The notes under the pieces were generated by a model. It did no database searches. It was given only the letters and a program-made list of their open reading frames with translations, and was not told where the DNA came from. From Acinetobacter sp. AS5 (GTDB lineage Bacteria; Pseudomonadota; Gammaproteobacteria; Pseudomonadales; Moraxellaceae), in assembly GCF_048957595.1 (NCBI RefSeq), contig NZ_JARDAL010000010.1, forward strand, positions 15,150 to 39,149: DNA of 24,000 nt, given 5' to 3'. Positions 1-9,557 of the stretch are shown here, in pieces (the stretch's first letter is position 1; the number at the start of each line of letters is the position of its first letter). The position numbers and the translations under genes were made by a program.

Positions 1-1
1 T

Positions 2-271
2 TTTGCTTATGTACTTGATCTGGATAATGACTTCGTTGATCATTATAACCACGAATTGATTGAGCTGAACCGTATTTCCACCGAAGCGATGGAAGAGCAT
101 AAAGCCTTCTTGGGTCGTATTCTGGATGAACATATTAAAGAAACGGGTAGTGCTTGGGCGTACAAGATCCGCCATGAGTTTGACTTCTACAGCCGCAAGT
201 TCTGGTTGGTAAAACCAAAAGCAGCCAACTTGCAAACGCTGTTGAAAACCACTCAAGCTGATCCACAATAA
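2..271 (+). CDS. gltB: glutamate synthase large subunit, C-terminal end (partial, enters from left edge)
   Basis: Frame 2 is open from the window edge (FAYVLDLDNDFVDHYNHELIELNR...) to the stop at 269-271. It lies directly upstream of gltD, as in gltBD operons. Confidence 0.75.
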   Translation, partial: FAYVLDLDNDFVDHYNHELIELNRISTEAMEEHKAFLGRILDEHIKETGSAWAYKIRHEFDFYSRKFWLVKPKAANLQTLLKTTQADPQ

Positions 272-1765
<1,494 letters not shown>

Positions 1766-1795
1766 TCGTTAGCCATCAACGCATATCATTCAAGA

Positions 1796-1819
1796 AAACC
1801 CGCTACGGCGGGTTTTTTA
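1796..1819 (+). terminator. rho-independent terminator after gltD
   Basis: Stem ACCCGC (1798-1803), loop TACG, stem GCGGGT (1808-1813), followed by a T-run. Confidence 0.8.
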
Positions 1820-1948
1820 ATCTTCGATGATGGTGAAACTTAAAATGGACGCATTAAAAAGATTATAAAAAGTAACAAAACTTTAGAAAATACTGTTTAA
1901 AATCAAATTAATTAAATAAATATCAATAAATAATAGAGGATAAACATC

Positions 1949-2539
1949 ATGCGTCTATTAAAACAATCTTTAATAACCCTGATGCTGGCCAGTACTTTGA
2001 CCCTCACAGGATGTGGCTATAACACTTTGCAGGTGAAAGATGAAGCGGTCACTGCATCATGGTCCGAAGTGCAAAACCAGTATCAGCGCCGTGCCGACTT
2101 GGTGCCAAATTTGGTCAATGTGGTCAAAGGCTATGCTGCGCATGAAGAGCAGGTCTTAACCGAAGTGACTCAAGCACGTGCCAATGTTGCCGGTTTGAAA
2201 GTAGACCGTGAAGTTCTGGAAGATCCTGAGCTATTCCAGCGTTATCAGGAAGCGCAATCGCAAATGACCAGTGCTTTGTCACGTCTTTTGGCTGTGACTG
2301 AAAATTATCCAGACCTGAAAGCCAATCAGCAGTTCCGTGATTTGCAGGTGCAACTGGAAGGCACTGAAAATAGAATCGCGGTGGCACGTAACCGTTATAT
2401 TACCACGGTTCAGGACTTTAACTCTTATGCGCGTCAGTTCCCGCAAGTTATGACTGCCAAAGTGATTGGTATGGACACCAAGCCGAATTTTAGTGCTGAG
2501 CAAAGTGCTCAGAAAGCGCCAACGGTTTCCTTTGAATAA
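1949..2539 (+). CDS. lemA: LemA family protein (lipoprotein-type N-terminus)
   Basis: 196 aa with a signal peptide and lipobox LTLTGC. The body resembles the LemA family (ADLVPNLVNVVKGYAAHE, ENYPDLKAN, ENRIAVARNRY). RBS AGAGGA precedes the start. Confidence 0.85.
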   Translation: MRLLKQSLITLMLASTLTLTGCGYNTLQVKDEAVTASWSEVQNQYQRRADLVPNLVNVVKGYAAHEEQVLTEVTQARANVAGLKVDREVLEDPELFQRYQEAQSQMTSALSRLLAVTENYPDLKANQQFRDLQVQLEGTENRIAVARNRYITTVQDFNSYARQFPQVMTAKVIGMDTKPNFSAEQSAQKAPTVSFE

Positions 2540-2570
2540 GTATCCACTTATAAAATAAACGAGAGATCAT

Positions 2571-3614
2571 ATGTCTGAGATTCTGCTGAAATACTGTGCT
2601 GGTTTAATTCTCATGCTGGGCATGGGAATAACCATGCTTGTTTCAGCAGAAACGGCCACGGCTACAGATACTGAAGACGTCATTGTAGCCCGTGAAATCT
2701 TACAACCTAAAAATAATCAAAATACTCCAGCCCAAAATACAGAAACTGCAGCAGCATCACAGTCACAAATTGCCAATGACATGGCGGAAGGGCAGTTTCA
2801 ACGCGACTTACCAAGCTTGAATGAACCGGTCATTGATCAGGCAAATTTACTTAGTCCCGCTGAAAAACAGCAACTCAGTCAGCGTATTCTGAAACTTTAT
2901 AATGAAGGCAAAGGGCAAATAGGTATAGTCATTGTTCCGACCACCGGGCAGGAAGATATTTTTGATTACTCCATGCGCGTTGCTGAAGCTTGGCAGCTGG
3001 GTTCTACTAAACGTGATAATGGTTTGTTGATGACCATTGCCATTAATGATCGCCGTATTCAAATTTTGACCGGTTATGGCTTGGAAGGGGTGCTACCCGA
3101 TATAGTGGCAGGTCGAATTATTCATGACAAAATTACGCCATTTTTTAAGCAAGGTCAGTATGCGCAGGGCATTGATTCCGGACTAACCGAAATTGAACGA
3201 ATTTTAAATTTAGATCCTGAAATTGCAGCTCAGGCAGCCGATGAACTGAAAGAACGTCAGGAACAGGCTTATCAGGCACAAAAAGCCAGTAAGGCGACGT
3301 TCAGTAGTGTGCTGTTTATTATTGTCGCAGGTGTCGTGGGATCCATGATCTTTGGTAAACGTCTGAGCGCAGCGACTGCGGCGGTAGCAGGTACAGTCGC
3401 AGGATTGGTAAATGGCTTAGGCTTGGTTGCTAGTTTAATGATTGGTGTAGGTATTTTCTTTTTATTGATCACCGCCATTGCCCAGCTGATTTTACATGCC
3501 TTCTTGGCAGGTGGTGGTCGAGGCAGCGGTAGTGGCCGTGGTGGTTTTGGTGGCGGCGGCTTCGGCGGTGGCGGTGGTGGATTTGGTGGGGGAGGAGCAT
3601 CAGGCTCATGGTAA
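2571..3614 (+). CDS. TPM domain-containing protein (YgcG-like), membrane anchored with Gly-rich tail
   Basis: 347 aa with an N-terminal signal/TM segment. It has a TPM-like core (DQANLLSPAEKQQL..., IGIVIVPTT, GLLMTIAINDRRIQILTGYGLEG), C-terminal TM helices and a GGGRGSGSGRGGFGGGGFGGGGGGFGGGG tail typical of YgcG-type proteins next to LemA. Confidence 0.8.
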   Translation: MSEILLKYCAGLILMLGMGITMLVSAETATATDTEDVIVAREILQPKNNQNTPAQNTETAAASQSQIANDMAEGQFQRDLPSLNEPVIDQANLLSPAEKQQLSQRILKLYNEGKGQIGIVIVPTTGQEDIFDYSMRVAEAWQLGSTKRDNGLLMTIAINDRRIQILTGYGLEGVLPDIVAGRIIHDKITPFFKQGQYAQGIDSGLTEIERILNLDPEIAAQAADELKERQEQAYQAQKASKATFSSVLFIIVAGVVGSMIFGKRLSAATAAVAGTVAGLVNGLGLVASLMIGVGIFFLLITAIAQLILHAFLAGGGRGSGSGRGGFGGGGFGGGGGGFGGGGASGSW

Positions 3615-4168
3615 CAACTACAGATACAACAGAGATTGTCACGCAGCCAAAGCTGGAAGAACAGGCACAGCCGAGTTTTAAGCGTTGGCTCAAGCATTTC
3701 TTTTATATGCCGGCAACCAAGCGCTTTTTTTCCAGACAGGATCAGCATGCCATTGCAGTCGCGGTTGAAAAAGCGGAGCAGGGGCATGTGGGGGAGATTC
3801 AGGTGGTGATTGAAGGTTGTCTGCCTTCACGATCTGCCTATTATCAAGATACCTTATGTCGGGCCCGACAGTTATTTGCGGAAATTGGTGTTTGGGATAC
3901 CGAATATAATAGTGGTGTGCTGCTATATTTAAACCTATGTGAACACAAGGTTGAGATTGTGATTGATCGTGGAATTAAAAATGCGACGACCCAGCAAGTC
4001 TGGGATGAAATCTGCCAAAATATTATTCAGCATTTAGTCCAGCAGAAGTTTAAAGAAGGTGTAATTGAAGGGGTAATTGAGATTGGAAAAGTATTGGATC
4101 AATATTATGATCGAAAAATAGATGACTTAAAGAATGAATTAGGGAATAAACCGATTATATTGGGGTGA
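3608..4168 (+). CDS. TPM domain-containing protein (second, cytoplasmic-type)
   Basis: 186 aa. Its start overlaps the upstream stop (ATGGTAA at 3608-3614). It has a TPM-like pattern (FSRQDQHAIAVAVEKAEQGHVGEIQVVIE, SGVLLYLNLCEHKVEIVIDRGI). It is the third member of the common LemA-TPM-TPM triad. Confidence 0.7.
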   Translation: MVTTTDTTEIVTQPKLEEQAQPSFKRWLKHFFYMPATKRFFSRQDQHAIAVAVEKAEQGHVGEIQVVIEGCLPSRSAYYQDTLCRARQLFAEIGVWDTEYNSGVLLYLNLCEHKVEIVIDRGIKNATTQQVWDEICQNIIQHLVQQKFKEGVIEGVIEIGKVLDQYYDRKIDDLKNELGNKPIILG

Positions 4169-4175
4169 TTTTAGT

Positions 4176-4206
4176 CAACTAACTGACAATTTTTGTCAGT
4201 TAGTTG
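4176..4206. promoter_or_regulatory. perfect 14-bp inverted repeat (hairpin after the TPM operon and/or candidate enhancer site for pilA)
   Basis: CAACTAACTGACAA (4176-4189), TTT, TTGTCAGTTAGTTG (4193-4206). No T-run follows. It contains TGTC/GACA half-sites and lies about 100-115 nt upstream of the sigma54 -24 element. Confidence 0.4.
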
Positions 4207-4290
4207 CACAAAATAAAACACAGTAGTTACAAAAATAAAAGTATTTTTTTAAAGTGCTGTTTTTTCTGTTAATTTTATTATAATAAAACT

Positions 4291-4306
4291 TGGCACACTT
4301 AGTGCT
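4291..4306 (+). promoter_or_regulatory. sigma54 (RpoN) -24/-12 promoter of pilA
   Basis: TGGCAC-ACTTA-GTGCT. GG at 4292-4293 and GC at 4304-4305 have exactly the consensus spacing of TGGCAC-N5-TTGCW. It lies about 75 nt upstream of the pilA ATG. Confidence 0.75.
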
Positions 4307-4379
4307 AAATATAAAATTAAGCTAAATGAGCTTTTTCTTTAGGCTTATAAATAAACAAAAAACATTTGTGGAGAATGTT

Positions 4380-4832
4380 ATGAATACAGTACAAAAGGGT
4401 TTTACCCTTATTGAATTAATGATTGTTGTTGCAATCATCGGTATTTTGGCTGCGGTAGCGATTCCTCAATACCAAAACTATACAGTGAAAGCAAAAGTGG
4501 GGAATGCCTTAACTGCTGCGGAGACTTTAAAAACAGAAGTCGGCTTATGTGCACAAGAAACAGGTGCATTAACTGATTGTGATACTGGAAGTAATGGTAT
4601 TTCTACATTTACTGCAACCAAAGAAGTAGCTTCTGCTTCTGTTACAAATGGTGTGATTACAATGGTTTTGGCAACTGGCATCAACTCTACGGTAGATAGT
4701 TCGAAAATTCAATATACTCCTACTTTAAATGCTACAAGTATCACATGGTGCTCTCACTCAAACATGACTCATGCTGCTGCACTTGATTTGGTAAGAAAAA
4801 ATAGCGTTGGTAGCTGTACAGCTCCTACCTAA
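4380..4832 (+). CDS. pilA: type IVa major pilin
   Basis: Short leader MNTVQKG followed by [27 protein letters not shown] (class III signal with Glu5). Two Cys pairs are present, including a C-terminal disulfide loop WC...GSC. RBS TGGAGA precedes the ATG at 4380. The track start at 4326 would give a non-pilin leader. Confidence 0.9.
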   Translation: MNTVQKGFTLIELMIVVAIIGILAAVAIPQYQNYTVKAKVGNALTAAETLKTEVGLCAQETGALTDCDTGSNGISTFTATKEVASASVTNGVITMVLATGINSTVDSSKIQYTPTLNATSITWCSHSNMTHAAALDLVRKNSVGSCTAPT

Positions 4833-4844
4833 TGCATTAAATTT

Positions 4845-4874
4845 AAAAAAGACTGGTTCGCCAGTCTTTTTTTG
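4845..4874 (+). terminator. rho-independent terminator after pilA
   Basis: Stem GACTGG (4851-4856), loop TTCG, stem CCAGTC (4861-4866), then T7. An A-run precedes it. Confidence 0.85.
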
Positions 4875-4901
4875 AATTATGAAAAATGGGGATAAAGTTG
4901 A

Positions 4902-5264
4902 ATGTCGATACAAAATGGTGTTAATGAAATCTATGAACAATTAATTCAGTTTAGATTTAAGAATAAAAGTGGTGAATTCTATAAAGAAGATTGGAGAATT
5001 CTTAGAAATAATAATATCGTTCCTCATAGATATGATTTTGTGAAAGAAATTTCTTTGAATATATACTTTGAGTGTGAGGATTTAGATTCTTTAAAATCTA
5101 AGTTTCAGGATAAAATCCAGCAAAAAATAAAGAATGATGAATTAACTATAATTGAAATTATAAACGATACGGGTGAAAAGATTTTAACAGTAGAAGAGCA
5201 GAAAGAATTATTGAATCAAATAGAAATATTTGCTATGAAAGAATCTTTAATTTTTTGTGAATAG
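4902..5264 (+). CDS. hypothetical protein, 120 aa, very AT-rich, no recognisable family
   Basis: Intact ORF with GGGGA about 9 nt upstream of the ATG. It is Lys/Glu/Ile/Asn-rich with no signal peptide or TM segment, and lies 27 nt upstream of the next gene. Confidence 0.5.
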   Translation: MSIQNGVNEIYEQLIQFRFKNKSGEFYKEDWRILRNNNIVPHRYDFVKEISLNIYFECEDLDSLKSKFQDKIQQKIKNDELTIIEIINDTGEKILTVEEQKELLNQIEIFAMKESLIFCE

Positions 5265-5291
5265 AAATTTATTTAGAAGTAGATATAAAAA

Positions 5292-6026
5292 ATGTCAAAA
5301 CGTCTAAAATTTTTCCTAGGCCATTTATCTATTTCTTTCTTTATTGCATTATTGGTAGTGAGCTTAGTTTTTTTCATTTGGTATCCTTCTCCACTCGCTA
5401 ATGCTGTTGGCGTGACCCATATCTTTTTAATGCTGTTGGCAATCGATGTGATTATCGGACCACTCTTAGGCTTATTAGTATATAAGGAGAGAAAAAAATC
5501 ACTTAAATTTGACCTAAGCGTAATTATCATTATTCAAATTGCGGCCCTATGTTATGGGATATTTAGTATTGAACAGGGTCGTCCAGCATGGTTGGTATTT
5601 CATGCAGATCGTTTTGAACTTGTACGTAAAAATGACATTATTTTAGACAATATTGATCAGACCCAGCCGCAATTTCAACACGTTTCATGGAGCAAACCAC
5701 AGTTTGTTGCAGTAAAATCAGCCGTGAGTACTCATCAACATCAGAATGATATGTTTACAGAAGTATTGGGTGGTATTTCTATTGCACAACGACCGGAGCG
5801 TTATGTTTCGTTATCTAAAGCAAAAAGTCAAATACAAGAGAGAGCTTTGCCTTTAAAAGAGCTGGAAAAATACAACTCAAGAGAAAAAGTCGAAAATATT
5901 TTGAAAAATTATCCTCAAGTAGATTCATGGTTGCCATTAAAAGCTAATGCACTAGATATGGTTGTTTTAATAAATAAAGAAAAAGCTGAAGTTATCAAAA
6001 TCGTTGATCTACGGCCTTGGGACTAA
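5292..6026 (+). CDS. putative type IV pilin accessory protein (TfpX/TfpY/TfpZ-like membrane protein)
   Basis: 244 aa with three N-terminal hydrophobic helices followed by a soluble domain. Motifs WYPSPLA, DVIIGPLLGLLVY and KSLKFDL resemble my memory of Pseudomonas TfpX/TfpZ proteins. The position downstream of pilA fits. The assignment is not search-verified. Confidence 0.55.
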   Translation: MSKRLKFFLGHLSISFFIALLVVSLVFFIWYPSPLANAVGVTHIFLMLLAIDVIIGPLLGLLVYKERKKSLKFDLSVIIIIQIAALCYGIFSIEQGRPAWLVFHADRFELVRKNDIILDNIDQTQPQFQHVSWSKPQFVAVKSAVSTHQHQNDMFTEVLGGISIAQRPERYVSLSKAKSQIQERALPLKELEKYNSREKVENILKNYPQVDSWLPLKANALDMVVLINKEKAEVIKIVDLRPWD

Positions 6027-6044
6027 ATAAAAATTACAGCGCTT

Positions 6045-6077
6045 AAAAAGCAGATTACCCTTTAATCTGCTTTTTTG
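6045..6077 (+). terminator. rho-independent terminator
   Basis: Stem AGCAGATTA (6049-6057), loop CCCTT, stem TAATCTGCT (6063-6071), then T-run. Confidence 0.85.
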
Positions 6078-6114
6078 TTTATCATGTGCCAAACTTCTAC
6101 TGCCTGATATTTCC

Positions 6115-7749
6115 ATGAAATTCACGCTTGCCCTCATCGCAGCAATCCTGATCTCCCTTGCATGGCTCATACCTATTCATTACCGTCCCTGGGTTACCTA
6201 TACCGGTGAACTCTATGCCTTCTTCGCTTTATTCGCGCTTGCTGCCATCTGTCTAAAAGAAAAACTCAAAATTCCAGCAGTGAGTCTGCCATTGCTGTTG
6301 CTGGCCTGTATTCCTTTAGTCCAATTTCTTCTGGGACAAGTATTTTTCTTCAGTACCGCCATGATGACAGTCATTTATGTGTTTAGTTTCTGGCTAGCGA
6401 GTGTCTTGGGCTATAACTTATCTATAGGGAAAAATAACAGGGAAGAGACTTTTACCCATTTAAGCTATGTATTCTTGGTGTCAGGCACCATTACAGGCTT
6501 AATTGCCTTGTGTCAGTGGACGAATCTGGATTCAGTCTTGCCAGGTATGGTCAATATCAGTGCTAATCAGCGCCCTTATGCCAATTTCGCCCAGCCAAAC
6601 AATATGGCGACTTTTTTGGTCATGGCCTTGATGAGCTGCCTTTATCTGTATGAAAAGAAAAAAATCCAGACCAGATGGCTATTTTCATGTGCGGCAATTA
6701 TTGTCATGGGTGTGGCTTTAAGCCAGTCCCGTACTGCATGGGTGGCTGCGATCGCGATTATGCTTTATCTGGCGTTATACCAATATAAAGGGATCATTCG
6801 CCTGAAATGGTATTACAGCACAGCATGGTTCATCTTTTTTACTTCCTGCATTGTCGCTTTTCCATTACTCAGTCAGCTGGCGACTCAGGTCATGGATGCC
6901 CAAGTGGTGCAAAGCCGTGATGTAGTATCTCGTGCCACGGGGGATATGTCACGACTCGCCATCTGGCAGCAAATGCTGGCTGCAATTCAGGCCCAGCCAT
7001 GGTTTGGTTATGGCTGGTATCAGACCAGTGTCGCTTTTGTTTCAATTAGTGATACGGTGCAGGGCCCGGTATGGATCCGAAGTGCGCATAATTTTATTTT
7101 GGATTTTTTGCTCTGGAATGGACTGATCATCGGTCTGCCTTTCTTGGCATATTTTGGTTATTTAGGCTTTCAGTTGCAGCGCTGGGTGAATACGCCAGAG
7201 TCTGTCATCGGGATCTTGATGATCGGGGCTTTTGTGACACATGCCATGTTTGAGTTTCCACAGCATTATGCCTATTTCCTGCTGCCAGTCGGTTTTATTC
7301 TGGGTACGGTTCTGGCACAAAATCCAAAAATTAAAACAGTGGTTATGCCATCAATCGGCATGAAATTCATTTTCGCTGTCGGGTTGCTTTTATTGGTTGT
7401 GATTTATCGGGATTATGACGTTGCAGTACCAAAACTCGGACAAAGTATTCGTTATGAAAAGCAGCAGGAAAAAATCACCAATGAAAAACCGATCTATCTG
7501 CTGACCGAGTTTAATCATCGCATTGGCTGGATTCGTTTAAATCCTTATAGCAAAGCGTCTGTTGAACAGATTCAGGAAGGTGAACAAATGGTCTTGAGCT
7601 ATCCAACCAAATATAACCTGATCAAATATGCCAAACTCTTAGCTTTTAATGGCTACGAGGCTGAGGCCAAGCATCAGCTGCAACGCTTAAAGACCATTCA
7701 GAAAACTGAAATGAGTTATGAGGAATTAACGCAGGATATGTCTCGCTAA
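6115..7749 (+). CDS. pglL: O-antigen ligase (Wzy_C) family protein, PglL/TfpO-type protein O-oligosaccharyltransferase
   Basis: 544 aa and polytopic. It has a Wzy_C-like core (ALSQSRTAWVAAIAIMLYL), a PglL-like periplasmic loop (WFGYGWYQTS...SAHNFILDFLLWNG) and a soluble C-terminal extension. It is pilA-linked, as in Acinetobacter. Confidence 0.8.
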   Translation: MKFTLALIAAILISLAWLIPIHYRPWVTYTGELYAFFALFALAAICLKEKLKIPAVSLPLLLLACIPLVQFLLGQVFFFSTAMMTVIYVFSFWLASVLGYNLSIGKNNREETFTHLSYVFLVSGTITGLIALCQWTNLDSVLPGMVNISANQRPYANFAQPNNMATFLVMALMSCLYLYEKKKIQTRWLFSCAAIIVMGVALSQSRTAWVAAIAIMLYLALYQYKGIIRLKWYYSTAWFIFFTSCIVAFPLLSQLATQVMDAQVVQSRDVVSRATGDMSRLAIWQQMLAAIQAQPWFGYGWYQTSVAFVSISDTVQGPVWIRSAHNFILDFLLWNGLIIGLPFLAYFGYLGFQLQRWVNTPESVIGILMIGAFVTHAMFEFPQHYAYFLLPVGFILGTVLAQNPKIKTVVMPSIGMKFIFAVGLLLLVVIYRDYDVAVPKLGQSIRYEKQQEKITNEKPIYLLTEFNHRIGWIRLNPYSKASVEQIQEGEQMVLSYPTKYNLIKYAKLLAFNGYEAEAKHQLQRLKTIQKTEMSYEELTQDMSR

Positions 7750-7753
7750 ATAC

Positions 7754-7782
7754 AAAAAAAGCCAGCAGATGCTGGCTTTTTC
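7754..7782. terminator. bidirectional terminator shared by pglL and bfr
   Basis: A7, stem GCCAGC (7761-7766), loop AGAT, stem GCTGGC (7771-7776), T5. It sits between convergent genes. Confidence 0.85.
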
Positions 7783-7799
7783 TTGGCTTAATTTTAAGT

Positions 7800-8264
7800 T
7801 TAGAGCTGACTTTGAATATAGTTTTCAATGCCAATGCTTTCGATCAAATCAATTTGTGTTGTGGTCCAGTCCAGATAGTTTTCTTCTTTCTCTAGGATTT
7901 CCTGAACCAGATCACGCGTCACATAATCCATTTGGGTTTCAGCCAATGCCACTGCTTTCTGGATGACTTCAATATTCTCTTTGACTTTGCGTACATCACA
8001 ATGCAGCACTTCTTGAGTATGCTGACCAATATACAGTTTGCCCAGATTTTGTAAATTCGGCAGACCTTCCAAAAATAAAATACGTTCAATAATTTTATCG
8101 GCATGTTTCATCTGAACAATGGATTCTTTATATTCTGCCGAGCCCAGTTTCTCAATGCCCCAGTCATTAAACATGCGCGAATGCAGGAAATACTGGTTAA
8201 TGGCAGTTAAGTGGTGATACAACACCTGATTGAGCTGATTAATCACATCACGATTGCCTTTCAT
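7800..8264 (-). CDS. bfr: bacterioferritin
   Basis: 154 aa, MKGNRDVINQLNQVL...FLHSRMFNDWG...MKHADKIIERILFLEG. These are classic Bfr motifs, including the heme-ligand Met region. A GGAG RBS is present. Confidence 0.95.
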   Translation of the reverse strand: MKGNRDVINQLNQVLYHHLTAINQYFLHSRMFNDWGIEKLGSAEYKESIVQMKHADKIIERILFLEGLPNLQNLGKLYIGQHTQEVLHCDVRKVKENIEVIQKAVALAETQMDYVTRDLVQEILEKEENYLDWTTTQIDLIESIGIENYIQSQL

Positions 8265-8495
8265 CGCATAACTCCATTTGGACCTGTTTTATCTTTCTAA
8301 GAAAGCGCTCTAATCCTGATAGTAAAGCAAGTCAGGGGCAAATGGCGAGTAATTTATCAAATCAAACGTAAAACCTCGTTTTCAAGGCAGGGATATAAAT
8401 GAGTGACCTAAGCCATACGACATGAAATGTCGTTTCAAATTAACATTTTTAACTTTGGATATTCTATTGGTTATTTTCATTGATAAAATAATCGC

Positions 8496-9557
8496 ATGAA
8501 AACACTTAAATTACGCATTAAAGATAAACATTCTAAGATATTAGAGCAATTAGCATCTGAAGTGAATTTCGTCTGGAATTATGTCAATGATTTAAGCTTT
8601 AAACACCTTAAAAGAAAAGGTGAATTTCTCAGTGCTTACGATATTGCTGAATATACGAAAGGTACATCTAGGCTTTGTGGGTTACATAGTCAAACCATTC
8701 AGGCTGTTACCGAAGAATTAGTCATACGCAGAAAGCAATTCAAGAAGACCAAACTAAAATGGCGGGTCAGTCATAAGAAATCAGCCAGAAGATCACTAGG
8801 TTGGATACCCTTTAAGAAAGTAGCAATCAAGTATGCTGATGGCCATATCCAGTATGGCAAGCATCAGTTTAAAATATGGGATAGCTATGGACTGTCAAAT
8901 TACAGTATCAAGACTGGTTCGTTTGTCGAGGATGCGCGTGGCCGCTGGTATGTCTGCTTAGTTGTGAATAGCCCTAAAATTGAGAAATCGACTGCGACTA
9001 ATTTGATTGGGATTGATCTGGGCTTAAAGGATATAGCCACTTGTTCGGATGGTACGATAATTTCAAATCCCAAGTTCTACCGTCAATATGAACAGAAATT
9101 AGGGATTGCTCAACGAGCTAAAAATAGAAAACGTGTCTGTGCATTACACGCCAAGATTGCAAACTGTCGTAAAGACCATTTGCACAAAGCAAGTACGATG
9201 CTTATAAAGAAAAATGCACTAATTGTTGTAGGCGATCTGAGTGCGAAAAAACTGGTGAAAACCAAGATGGCGAAGTCTGTTCTGGATACCGGATTTTCAG
9301 CATTCAAGACCATGCTCAAGTATAAATGCGAGAACGCAGGAGTATGGTTTGAAGAAGTTAGTGAAAGTTTCACAACCCAAATGTGTTCGTGCTGTGGTGA
9401 GGTCACTGCAAGCAGTCCGAAAGGTAGAGCAGATTTGCGAATAAGAGTATGGGAATGTGAAAACTGTTCAAGTGTTCTGGATCGGGACTTGAATAGTGCT
9501 AAGAACATACTTGCGCTTGGGCATAAGCGTCTCGCAGGAGGAATCAGCTCTATTTAG
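8496..9557 (+). CDS. tnpB: RNA-guided endonuclease TnpB family protein (IS200/IS605 OrfB)
   Basis: 353 aa. RuvC-I is IGIDLG (D174). The zinc ribbon is CSCCG...C-ENC (C297/C300, C321/C324). RuvC-III is DRDLNSAKNI. The N-terminus is typical (KLRIKD...NFVWNY...LGWIPF...RGRWY). The RuvC-II position reads VVGDL. Confidence 0.9.
   Translation: MKTLKLRIKDKHSKILEQLASEVNFVWNYVNDLSFKHLKRKGEFLSAYDIAEYTKGTSRLCGLHSQTIQAVTEELVIRRKQFKKTKLKWRVSHKKSARRSLGWIPFKKVAIKYADGHIQYGKHQFKIWDSYGLSNYSIKTGSFVEDARGRWYVCLVVNSPKIEKSTATNLIGIDLGLKDIATCSDGTIISNPKFYRQYEQKLGIAQRAKNRKRVCALHAKIANCRKDHLHKASTMLIKKNALIVVGDLSAKKLVKTKMAKSVLDTGFSAFKTMLKYKCENAGVWFEEVSESFTTQMCSCCGEVTASSPKGRADLRIRVWECENCSSVLDRDLNSAKNILALGHKRLAGGISSI

Noticed and set aside
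3272-3787. 171-aa minus-strand ORF rich in Pro (PPPPNPPPPPPKPPPP), plus the 3469-3693 and 3496-3681 ORFs
   Set aside because: These are mirror-image artefacts of the Gly-rich GGN-repeat tail of the plus-strand TPM protein. The plus-strand genes have coherent domain structure and coupling.
4326-4379. Upstream ATG extension of pilA ([18 protein letters not shown]...)
   Set aside because: A prepilin leader must be short and end in Gly just before FTLIELM. The ATG at 4380 gives MNTVQKG and has an RBS. The extension would also begin only about 10 nt downstream of the estimated sigma54-dependent transcript start, leaving no leader or RBS.
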